From positions 19,904,001 to 19,968,000 of the forward strand of contig NC_086118.1 in assembly GCF_963921235.1 (NCBI RefSeq): 64,000 bases of DNA, given 5' to 3'. The position numbers and the translations under genes were made by a program. The stretch comes from Mobula hypostoma. Its lineage: Eukaryota. A model generated the notes under the pieces. It saw nothing but the letters and a program-made list of their open reading frames with translations. It made no database searches and was not told where the DNA came from. The stretch's first letter is position 1, and each line of letters starts with the position of its first letter. Positions 13,374 to 23,820 of this stretch are shown one piece after another.

Positions 13374-14232
13374 TGTTACGTACCCCGTAACTGGGTTGCC
13401 AAACCAGCAGAAATGGATCACTCAGTTGGAGTCTGGAGTACTAGAACTAAGAAAGTTTTATTAAAGAAACAAGCAACACAGTAATCGAAAGGATAATAAA
13501 TGCAACAATTCAACAATGATAACCACACATGTGCACAGAATTAAGATAACAGCATCAATCAAGCTCTATCGTTGTCTAGGGGTAAATGACCAATTTCAAA
13601 ATGACTCAAAGTTCAGTCCAGTTAGTAGTCCAGTTCGCAGTAATCGTTGCCATGGCGATGGACAAGGTGGGGGAAGAGAGACAGAATAGGAACAACTGAT
13701 CATTCAGAACACTGCTTCACTCACAGACCAGCGGGATGGCTCACAAACAGCATTTGGGCGGGTCCTTGGTGATGTCACCTGAGGTCACCGACTGTGACCC
13801 CTCCTCCAGATGCGGTCGATCCTCTGCAGTGAACCCGGCACCCAGGCAAGGGCGGACACACACCGGGTTCCCGCTGATCGTACCTTTCCACCCTTGTCGT
13901 TGTCTGGCACTTCTCACCCACTCGTGAGAGGCGCACCGCTTCCAGGGTCTCGTTACCTCGGGTGGCGTGTGTCTCTGTCTTAGCGAACCTGTCCCTTTTT
14001 ATCCCCCTGCTGGGGTATCGCCTGTCCATCACTTCAAACAGTTCAGGGTTCAAAGGGGGGAGCCGCTCCAGACAGCTCTCCCTCCCACATCCCTTCATTA
14101 CACATCTCCAGACGCTGCTCCATTGTTCCTTATCTCTCCTTCCCCTGAGGGCAGGTGGCAGACCAACTGCTGATGCCACTGATGCTAGCCCAGGCCAGCA
14201 AACATCTTAATTTTATGTGTATTCTCGTAACA
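13374..14232 (-). repeat. 3' LTR of the Gmr1-like element
   Basis: TGTTACG...CGTAACA termini; minus-strand AATAAA at 13457-13462; PPT TAAAGGGGGGAAG adjoining at 14233-14245. Confidence 0.95.
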
Positions 14233-14404
14233 CTTCCCCCCTTTAAGGATTTTTACCGGGAGGTAAAAATTACAAACATGACTACATTATCTGATACATA
14301 CACAATATACATCTTTAACAGTTATTTAGCTAATACAGAGAATTTGAAGCTGTCAACACCTTGACAGACAGTCATCACATTTTCTGTTCCTTTTACACGT
14401 GTTA

Positions 14405-14773
14405 TTAATAATCCCTTAGACCAGGCTCCAACTCAGCAAACTTCATAGTGGCCAAAAACACTGATGAATTGCGACCAATGTAACCTCTCATTTGGTTTTG
14501 TCCCGGACCACAACAACAAGGGTCGTCCCATTCCGACTCAATTTTCTCTCGCAAGGGCTTAGTAGGAGGGGGACGGGTATTGACCGCAGAGTTATTGCAA
14601 AACTTCCTGCAGTACCCCACCATCTCCAAGAGCCTTCTGAGGGCCCTCTTGTCTGTCGGGGTTGGGAGGTCAGCGATAGCCTGCACTGTAGCTTGCATCA
14701 CTGCCAGCTGCCCCTGTGTCACCACAATTCCCAGGTAAGTGACCTTCGTGTGGCCGAATTCATTTTTTTTCAA
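14405..14773 (-). pseudogene. RT-thumb/RNase H remnant continuing the main ORF after a 1-nt shift
   Basis: EFGHTKVTYLG, PTPTDKRALRRLLEMVGYCRKF; a decayed KGTENV..DCLSR terminus lies at about 14355-14405. Confidence 0.8.
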
Positions 14774-17354
14774 GGTTCACTATCAAGCTGGCTGCAGACA
14801 GCCGTATTAAATTGCCAATACACACCTCTGTGTTCATCAGCCCTTTAGTCACTGAATTACTCGAAAAATATGGGTGTTGTTTACTTGGCTGCCCTATTGT
14901 AACAGACATAACCCAACGTCCCAGTTCTTTGCATTTCCTCGGGACAATCAAACACATAGGTGCGAGTCGTTTAATTACTCCTTCGGGGATTAAGGGAGAG
15001 ACCTTATGAGTAGACCTGGCCAAAACAATAGCCTTCTCCCATCTGACCGATCCCATCCTAATCTTTTCAAAATGGTTTTTTTCTCTTAGCAGGGGGCCCC
15101 TAGCTTCATTGATTTCCACGCTAACACCGACTAGGTTTGTTAGCATATCAAAAGCCGGTGACCGTCTCAGTTCGCGTCGGTCATGATCAATAACATTTTT
15201 CCCCCTGGGCAGCCGGTAAATCTCTTTCATGATTCCACCAACTGTTTCCTCCAGCACCGCAAAATGTCCACCGGGGGGTACCTCGTGGGCCATGTTAAAA
15301 ACCTCATCCCCATAACTCTTTTGCACCACCCCCCACTCCTCATCTGCGGATACTGTCCTTGATTCCCCTTTCTTCCTTAGCACTTCCTCATCCGCACAAT
15401 AGCCTACTCGTTCCCTTGTCAAGGCTGTGTCAGAGAGAGCTGTCTCTGCAAAAACCATCAGCCCCTCGTCTCGCTCCTGCGTCTGCACAAATTCTTTCCC
15501 GGCTACTGCTACGTCCGTCCCAGCTCCCTCACTACCACTTATCTCACTACACCCTGTCTCATACAAGGTTGGCAGAAATGTTTCAGCCAAATTCACCATC
15601 GCGGGCGGGGCCTCCATGCTGGCAGGCTGACCCGTCAATCTCACGACTGGGAACACGATTCCTCCGGCGATGTCATTACCGAGCAAGACTTCCACGTCTT
15701 TCATCGGTAATTCGGACCTCACCCCGATCGTGACTAGTCCAGAGACCAGGTTGCTCTGTAAGTGTATCTGGTGCAAAGGGACTGACTCTGTCCCTTCCCC
15801 AACACCTTTGACCTCTACCTCCCCAGTCTGGGTCTCTGAGCTAAACTCTAATACACTCTTCAGTATTAGTGACTGACACGCTCCCGTGTCTCTCCAGATC
15901 CGCACTGGAACTGGTTTTAACCTCTCCTTCACTGACACCAGTCCGGCCGAGATAAACCTCTCGCGCCCTTCCTGGACTTTTTCAGACCTGTCCTTCCTTA
16001 GCGGTTCGCTTAACAGCTCGATACAGCCATTCAAAATTTCCGCTTTTCCTTTCCCCGTCTCCTTCCTTGGGGCAAAGCACCTGGACGCAAAGTGTCCGAC
16101 TTTCCCACAATTATAACAGACGACCCCAGGAGACTTCCTACCAGACTGCTCCCGGTCTACCTTATCCTTTTCACTAGTCCCCGGCTTACTTTCTGACTTT
16201 TCTGGTGGACTCTCCCCGCCGTCCTGACTACCCTTCTGGTAGCCTTTACTCGGGGCAACCTTCATTTTATGCGTCAACGCATACTCATCCGCTAACTTAG
16301 CAGTTGCGGCTAACGTGGCTGCCTCTTTCTCATCGAGGTAGGGTCTCATACCCTCAGGGACACAACCTTTAAACTGCTCAATCAGAATCAGTTGCAGCAG
16401 TCTGTCATAATCCCCCTCTACCCCTTTCGAGGCGCACCAACGCTCACAATATGTTTGCATCTCAGGAGCAAACTCCAAATACGTGCGGTCCCACCGCTTC
16501 CTCGCATTCCGGAACCTCTGCCGGTATGCCTCCGGGACCAACTCATAAATCCTGAGGATGGCCTCCTTCACCACCTCATACTTCTGGGCATCTTCCGCGG
16601 ATAAAGCGGAGTAAGCTTGTTGGGCCTTCCCTTTCAGTACACTCTGAAGTAAAACAACCCACTTATCCCTCGGCCATTCCTGACTTATAGCCACCTTTTC
16701 GAAGTGGAGAAAGTACCGATCCACATCGGTATCGTCAAATGGGGGAACCAGCCTAACCTCCTGGGTCGCCCGGAACCCTCCACCTTGGTTCGGCACGAGC
16801 CCCTGCTCGGCCCTTATCTTTAACTTCTCCAGCTCAAATTCCCTTTCCCTCTGTTTCTCCTCTCTCTCCAACTGTCTTTCTCTCTCTTGCCTTTCTACCT
16901 CTTTCTCTCTCTCTCGCCTTTCTAACTCTCTCTCTTTCTCCCGCCTTTCTAACTCTCTCTCTTTCTCCCGCCTTTCTAACTCTCTCTCTTTCTCCCGCCT
17001 TTCTAACTCTCTCTCTTTCTCCCGCCTTTCTAACTCTCTCTCCTGCCTTTCTAACTGCTTCTCTTCGTGTTCTAACTGCCGTACCCGGAACTCGTGCTCG
17101 AGTCTCAGTTTTTCAAGCTGTACCTGTACCGCGTCTCCAGCAGGTTTTTCAATAGACACCACCCCCAGCTCACCTTGGGGAAACACACCTTTAGATACAT
17201 AGTGCTCTACAATAGCTCTGTGTATCTCCTCTCTCCTCATTGTCGACTTCACCTTAGCAAGATTCACCCGTTTGGCCACAGCTATCAATTCCGATTTCCT
17301 GGCATCCTCTAATGCCTCCAAGGTCGGCGCCTTTATAAATTCCTCAACCTCCAT
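14760..17354 (-). CDS. 864-aa Gag (charged helical repeat, SCAN-like capsid, CCHC knuckle), aspartic protease, and degenerate pol remnant
   Basis: YELVPEAYRQRFR..EQF capsid, CYNCGKVGHFASRC, IWRDTGA..LLGND, AHEVPPGGH, PSKQHPY. Confidence 0.9.
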   Translation of the reverse strand: MEVEEFIKAPTLEALEDARKSELIAVAKRVNLAKVKSTMRREEIHRAIVEHYVSKGVFPQGELGVVSIEKPAGDAVQVQLEKLRLEHEFRVRQLEHEEKQLERQERELERREKERELERREKERELERREKERELERREKERELERREREKEVERQERERQLEREEKQREREFELEKLKIRAEQGLVPNQGGGFRATQEVRLVPPFDDTDVDRYFLHFEKVAISQEWPRDKWVVLLQSVLKGKAQQAYSALSAEDAQKYEVVKEAILRIYELVPEAYRQRFRNARKRWDRTYLEFAPEMQTYCERWCASKGVEGDYDRLLQLILIEQFKGCVPEGMRPYLDEKEAATLAATAKLADEYALTHKMKVAPSKGYQKGSQDGGESPPEKSESKPGTSEKDKVDREQSGRKSPGVVCYNCGKVGHFASRCFAPRKETGKGKAEILNGCIELLSEPLRKDRSEKVQEGRERFISAGLVSVKERLKPVPVRIWRDTGACQSLILKSVLEFSSETQTGEVEVKGVGEGTESVPLHQIHLQSNLVSGLVTIGVRSELPMKDVEVLLGNDIAGGIVFPVVRLTGQPASMEAPPAMVNLAETFLPTLYETGCSEISGSEGAGTDVAVAGKEFVQTQERDEGLMVFAETALSDTALTRERVGYCADEEVLRKKGESRTVSADEEWGVVQKSYGDEVFNMAHEVPPGGHFAVLEETVGGIMKEIYRLPRGKNVIDHDRRELRRSPAFDMLTNLVGVSVEINEARGPLLREKNHFEKIRMGSVRWEKAIVLARSTHKVSPLIPEGVIKRLAPMCLIVPRKCKELGRWVMSVTIGQPSKQHPYFSSNSVTKGLMNTEVCIGNLIRLSAASLIVNLEKK

Positions 17355-17430
17355 TTCTGCTGTTTGTCTTTTCTTTCTTTCGGGAATTTTAACCCAATCA
17401 ATTTACTCCGTCCCAAATTTAGCGTTCAAA

Positions 17431-17449
17431 ATCGCGGACGAGAACCCCA
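17431..17449 (-). promoter_or_regulatory. Primer-binding site, tRNA-Pro-like (imperfect)
   Basis: Minus TGGGGTTCTCGTCCGCGAT versus canonical TGGGGGCTCGTCCGGGAT, 4 nt inside the 5' LTR boundary. Confidence 0.8.
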
Positions 17450-17453
17450 CTTA

Positions 17454-18312
17454 TGTTACGTACCCCGTAACTGGGTTGCCAAACCAGCAGAAATGGATCA
17501 CTCAGTTGGAGTCTGGAGTACTAGAACTAAGAAAGTTTTATTAAAGAAACAAGCAACACAGTAATCGAAAGGATAATAAATGCAACAATTCAACAATGAT
17601 AACCACACATGTGCACAGAATTAAGATAACAGCATCAATCAAGCTCTATCGTTGTCTAGGGGTAAATGACCAACTTCAAAATGACTCAAAGTTCAGTCCA
17701 GTTTGTAGTTCAGTTCGCAGTAATCGTTGCCATGGCGATGGCCAAGGTGGGGGAAGAGAGACAGAATAGGAACAACTGATCATTCAGAACACTGCTTCAC
17801 TCACAGACCAGCGGGATGGCTCACAAACAGCATTTGGGCGGGTCCTTGGTGATGTCACCTGAGGTCACCGACTGTGACCCCTCCTCCAGATGCGGTCGAT
17901 CCTCTGCAGTGAACCCGGCACCCAGGCAAGGGCGGACACACACCGGGTTCCCGCTGATCGTACCTTTCCACCCTTGTCGTTGTCTGGCACTTCTCACCCA
18001 CTCGTGAGAGGCGCACCGCTTCCAGGGTCTCGTTACCTCGGGTGGCGTGTGTCTCTGTCTTAGCGAACCTGTCCCTTTTTATCCCCCTGCTGGGGTATCG
18101 CCTGTCCATCACTTCAAACAGTTCAGGGTTCAAAGGGGGGAGCCGCTCCAGACAGCTCTCCCTCCCACATCCCTTCATTACACATCTCCAGACGCTGCTC
18201 CATTGTTCCTTATCTCTCCTTCCCCTGAGGGCAGGTGGCAGACCAACTGCTGATGCCACTGATGCTAGCCCAGGCCAGCAAACATCTTAATTTTATGTGT
18301 ATTCTCGTAACA
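17454..18312 (-). repeat. 5' LTR of the Gmr1-like element
   Basis: Matches 13374-14232 except for 4 substitutions. Confidence 0.95.
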
Positions 18313-19584
18313 GCATTAATGAGCAGGTGTACAGGTGTAACTTATAAAGTGACCACTGAGTGTGCGAACAATTCAGAACATTGTAAGGAAATAGGAATTA
18401 AATAATACAGACGAAAATGTATCCTTCAGAAGCAGAATAATAAATACAGATATCCTATCTACTTTAAATTATTTATTTATGCTGACCACATATCTTCCTT
18501 GAGGTAGTATGTCATGCTTAACCTATGCAAAGGAATATTGAAACTTGTTATTTCCCTTTTCAACACAACCTCCTGCATGAAATCAACAGGTCTGCTGGAA
18601 GAAATCTTTGCACTATTTCATGCTGTAAGTAAGATGACTGTCATATCCTGCCAAAGGGTCTCGGCCCAAAACTGTACTCTTTTCCATAGATGCTGCCTGG
18701 CTGGCTGAGTTCCTCCAGCATTTTGTGTGTGTTGCTTGGATTTCTAGTGTCTGCAGAATCTCTTGTTTGTGACTGGACTCCCATATTATCTATATAGTCA
18801 GTTTTAACCTCATGCCACTCAATTTGCCAAAGTTTGTGTGGAAAAAGTGGGTAAGATGGTAGGACTGAACTTTACCTACATCTCCAACAACGGTTTTAAG
18901 CTGTTTGAATTCAGGTACTGACTGATCATGCCACACAGAAGGGATTGGCACAATTTTAATATCAAAACTACATCTTGGTGCTTCTGCCTGATTCACGAAA
19001 GCAGTCAGAAGGTTTTGGCAAAAGGAGTACTTTTAAAAGTTTGTCTGTGCTTATGTTGCTCCTTTCATGCTGTCCCAAATATAACATGATTCTCCCATCT
19101 CTAACATCTCCATTCCAATTTAACAATCCTAAATCTATCATGTCCTGTTATCCAGTGCCATCCCAGAAGCACGCCCCCTGATAAATGTTGACTCTGTCTG
19201 TAAAAGATAGAATCACTCCTGCCCAGTTCTTGTAGGAATCACTGACAGGACACATGGATGAAGCTGGGTGTTAAAATCTCTCACGCATCAGCGAAGTTAC
19301 CATCTGTTTTAATTTGCAAGATCCTATGAATTAAAATTATAAGGTAAAAGGGAAGAATTTCCATTGCATACTAGTCTTGATCATGCTTTGCAATCACAAA
19401 TAATATAGTTTCAGCTATTGCTTTTCCTTTGTATAGGGCAACAAATCTTAACTTATCAAAGGAAATTGCAGGCATGAATTGTGACTAAATCATATGTTAT
19501 ATGTAAGGACTCCCTTTGATTTCACAATTATATGGATGCTAGCCTAAATGCACAAAATAAATTACTAAAAATAGTGTCAAAGTC

Positions 19585-20736
19585 TGTATCATATTTAATA
19601 TTTCAGTAATATTGAAAATATTTTGTTTGATTAAGCATTTTTTGTTGTGTGCATAATGCATTAGGGGTTATATGTAAAAGTACATGAATGGCAAATATCA
19701 TTATGCCACAATGTCATATGTGAGCACCTCACTGAAAGTAAAAACAAAATGTACACAAGTTATCCCACCTCTGACTTTTTCTTTAAGTTAGTTTTATGTT
19801 TTGGAGTTACAAAACATAATAGTGGTGATGAATAAGTTTTAAAATGAATCCACAACCAACAATTCATCAGTTATGCTGTTCTTGGGTCGTCTCTTGTGCT
19901 CACACTTGGATCTCCTCAAAACCAATCTCAGAAGGAGTATGTAGAACAAACAGCTAAGACAAATTGAGAGCTCCTCAAATAAGGAAGTTCGATGTTTCTC
20001 TCCTGGACAAGCAGTCCTGGCAAGGGACTACAAAGGTGATCAAAAGTGGGTACTTGGAATGATTAAGGACAGAATTGGACCACTCTCCTACACAGTGGAG
20101 ATTGCATCTGATGTCACCTGCGGATGACACATTGATCAGTTGAGGAGAGCAGAGTCAATTGTTAGAGAAGCAAGGTAGCTAGCGCTGTCAGGACAACCTC
20201 CTGCAGTCCCAGAGTCAACTCCTACGCACAACCACAGTGGATGCCCCAGAACATGAGATTGTTTCACAGCCGCATGTCTCACTGCCAAGCAGAGTGACCG
20301 CCCCCTCCCCGTCAGAAACAACATTATCCCACAAGAGTAAGAAATCCTCCACAACAATTCAATTTTTAGGCCCATATGGGACAATTTAAAATTTGTTATG
20401 CTGTGCATGTCTAAATAATATTTCCATTATATAGTAGGCTGTGTATATAGTTGAGATGCATTCTATATTCAGTTGGAGTTTATAGCTAGACAAGGAGTAC
20501 AGTGTATTTAATATTTTAAGTAATATTTGACTAATATTGTTTGGTTAAGCATTCATTGTTGAATACATAATTCATTATGGTTTATATGCAGAAGTGCATT
20601 AATGGCTTACGTCATTACACCCCCACATCATATGTGAATGCCTCACTAAAAGTAAAAGCTAATCGTATATGAGTTATCCCCTGCTCTGTGTTTTTCTTTC
20701 AAGCAGTTTTATGTTTTGGATTTACAAAACAGAGCA
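19585..20736 (+). mobile_element. Old, internally deleted Gypsy LTR element (TRIM-like, about 1.15 kb)
   Basis: Diverged LTRs at 19585-19821 and about 20498-20736; TGGTGA PBS; flanks AAGTC/GAGTC; internal part matches only the integrase C-terminus and 3' region of the copy at 23825-27427. Confidence 0.8.
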
Positions 20737-21419
20737 GAGTCAGCTAGTGTATGAAAAGAGAAATGCAACACAAGGGCAACTCCATGGTAGAAAAATTCCA
20801 TGGCAATACAGACGATCATTTTTTTAAGGATGAGTTACCCTGAGTTAAATTAATTTTCCAGGAGGCAGTGTTAATTTTCCTCTAGTCTCATTCACCTGGA
20901 GGCACCTGTTGTGTTATTGTGCCTGGGGTGTCACATACAGTTTCCTATGCCACAGAAATCATGCTGTTGTTTAGGCATATTTCACGCAGTGTTGAAATGG
21001 GGGGGTCACAAAAGCTCAAGGAACAGCAAATAAAATTTAAAGGAGTTTGTTTAAAAAAACATGATGCAAAAGCTAACGTTTTTGTTGGAAGAACTGGACA
21101 TCATAAACTACACAATAATGGCAAATATTTAAATTTATAAGAAATTCTGAATGTGAACCAATGCTTAGAGACAGCTTCATGGAGCAAAAGAGCATGAAGA
21201 ATTCAATTTGAGGATGATTTCCACAACTAATGCTCTCAGTCTGGAATTTTCTTCTCTTAGGTTCGATTGAAAATATCTAGATTGATAGATTACTGTTAAG
21301 AAAGAGTATTAAAGGCTATGATTAGTGGATAATATCGATTAAACTAAATGAAAGAACAGGTTTGAAGGACTGAATGGTATACTCTTACTCCAAAGTTCAT
21401 GTGCCTCACTTGAAGGCAA

Positions 21420-23820
21420 CACTTACAATTCAAAGTACAAGCCCTTCGGCCCATGAAGCTGTCTGACCTTTTAACCTGCACCAAGACCATTTTAGCCCTC
21501 CACCCCACATAGCGCTCCCATTTTCCTTCATCCATGTGCCCATCTCAATGTATCTGCCTCTACCACCACCCCGGCAATACATTTCATGCACCCACAACAG
21601 ACAACAAAACCATCTCTGACATCCCCAATATACTCTCTTCCAATCACCTTAAAATTATGTCCACTTGTTTTAGCCACTTCGCCTTGAGAAAAAGTCTTCG
21701 CCTGACCACTTGATCAATGCCTCTTATGATATTGTACGCCTCTATCAAGTCACCTCTCATCCTCTTTCATTCCAAAGAATAAGGCACCAGCTTGCTCACC
21801 CTATCCTCATGAGAACTGCTCTCCATTCTGGACAGCATCCTGATAAATCTCCTCTGCTCCTTCTCCGAAACTTCCACATTCTTCCTATAATGAGGCGACC
21901 AGAAGTTAGATCATGCTCTAAGTACGATCTAACCAGAGTTTTATAGAGCTGTAACACTACTTTGTGGCTCCTGAATTCAATTCCCTACTTTATGAAGGCC
22001 AACACACCATATGCCTTCTTAACCAACTGCACAGCATCTTTAAGGGTTCTGTGGGCTCATGTCCCCCAAGACCCCTCTGTTCTTCTGCTAAGAATGCTGC
22101 CATAAACCCTGTACTCTGCTTTCAAGATCGACATTCCAGAGTGTATAAATTCACTCTCCCAAGTTCCCGCCGAACAGCATTATAATTTTCCCTCCCACAA
22201 TTAAAAAACATGGTCCTTCCCTATACCATCTGCTCTTATCCTTGTCCGACACAATAATGAATGTCAGGTAGTTGTTGTCATTTCCTCCAGTTGCTCACCC
22301 AACAAGAGATCTATCACCTGACCAGGTTCATTGCCCAGCACTGGTTCCAGTATAGTCCCTCTTCTAGTCGGCCCGTCTACATTTTGTGTCAGGAATCCTT
22401 CCTCGACACTACTAACGTATTCTTCCCCATCTACACCTTTTGCAGTAAAGAAGTGACAATCAATATTGGGGAAGTTGAAGTCACCCTCAACAACAACCCT
22501 GTTATTTTTGTAGCTTTCCAAAATCTGCCTCCCAATCTGCTCCTCGATGTCTCTGTTGCAATTGACAAGGCTGCTATAGAGTGATTGTACCCTTCCTCTT
22601 TCTGACTTCCATCAACACTGACTCAGTAGACAATCCCCCCCACAACATTACCCTTTCTACAGTTGTGATACTATCCCTGATTAACAATGCCACTCACCCA
22701 CCTCTTTTAACTCCCTCCCTGTCCCTTTTGAAACATCTAAACCCAGAACACTCAGCAGCTATTCCTGCTCTTGTGACAGCAAATCTCTGCAATGGACACA
22801 GCACAGTAGTTCTATGTACTGACCAATGCTCTAAGATAATTACACTTTTTTTCCGATACTTCTTGTATTAAAATAGAGACATTTCACAACCTATACAACT
22901 GACTACAATTATGTCCTCTTCTTTGCCTATCCTTTCTTGCAGTGTCTCTACATGCTGTATCTACCTTTACACCAATTGCTCAATCCTCTAACCTATCACT
23001 CGGGTTCCTATTCCCCTACCAAACTAGCTTAAAAACTGCACAATAACCCGCAAGAATATTTGTCCCAACTTGAGTTCAAACCATCCCTTCTGTACAAATC
23101 ATGCCTTCTCCAGAAGAAAAGCCAATGATTCACAAATGTGAAACCCTATCCCCTGCACCAATATTTTAGCCACAGCTTCAACTGCCAAATTATCCTATTC
23201 TCACCCTCACTGGCTCATGGCACAGGCAACAATCCAAGACTACTAATCTTGAGTCCTGCTTTTCAGCTTCATACCTAATTGCCTATTTTCTTTCTTCAGG
23301 ATCTCTTCCATTTTTCTACCTATCTCATTGCTACCAATATGTACCATGAAACCTGGTCACTGTGGTGGCTTTCCCAAGATGGGTCATCACCCTCATCCCA
23401 CAGCACTGCAGGATCTAAAATGCTATACCTGTTTTTAAGCGGAACAACTACAGGTGTACTCTGCACTAACTGCCTGTTCCCTTTCCCTCTCCTGACTGTT
23501 ACTCAAGTACCTGTCTCCTGCAACCTGGGTGCGACTATTGCCCTGTAGCTACTAGCTATCACCTCTTCATTCTTCCAAGTGAGGCGTAGGTCCCCTCGCT
23601 CCAGCTCCCATTCCCTAACGCAGTCTGTAAGGAGCTGCAGCTCAATGCCCTTCACACAGATGTAGAATGCAGGTATCTCGATCTCCTACATCCTGTGAAA
23701 GAGCACACCACAATTGGAATCCATTCTCATTACTCCAGCTAGGCATTAATAAAGAAAGAAAGAGAAAGTTGAAAGAGGCCTTACCCTAGGCCTCAGCCTC
23801 TTGAGTCAAACCCTCAGTAC
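21420..23820 (-). mobile_element. Old CR1 LINE with internal deletions
   Basis: 3' end near 21430, RT C-terminal remnants, endonuclease GDFNFPNID at 22264-22521, ORF1 and 5'UTR remnants. Confidence 0.8.

Larger units (their letters stand above)
13374..18312 (-). mobile_element. Young non-autonomous Gmr1-like Ty3/Gypsy LTR retrotransposon
   Basis: Two 859-bp TG..CA LTRs, 4-bp TSD GCAT (13370-13373 and 18313-18316), PBS, PPT, and a Gag-PR ORF with remnants in IN-RT-RH order. Confidence 0.95.
12935..18362. mobile_element. Non-autonomous Tc1/mariner-like element (12935-13373 and 18317-18362) interrupted by an LTR element
   Basis: Imperfect terminal inverted repeats (TA)CTCTCAGTAGCCATTTT..GGTAC and GTGTAACTTATAAAGTGACCACTGAGTG; sequence is continuous across the GCAT TSD. 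Confidence 0.7.

Noticed and set aside
13736..14210. Duplicated short ORFs, repeated at 17816-18290
   Set aside because: They lie inside the LTRs, have non-ATG or weak starts and show no recognisable domain.
16921..17028. Direct repeats as a CRISPR array
   Set aside because: Contiguous tandem units with no spacers, inside a Gag ORF in a eukaryotic context.
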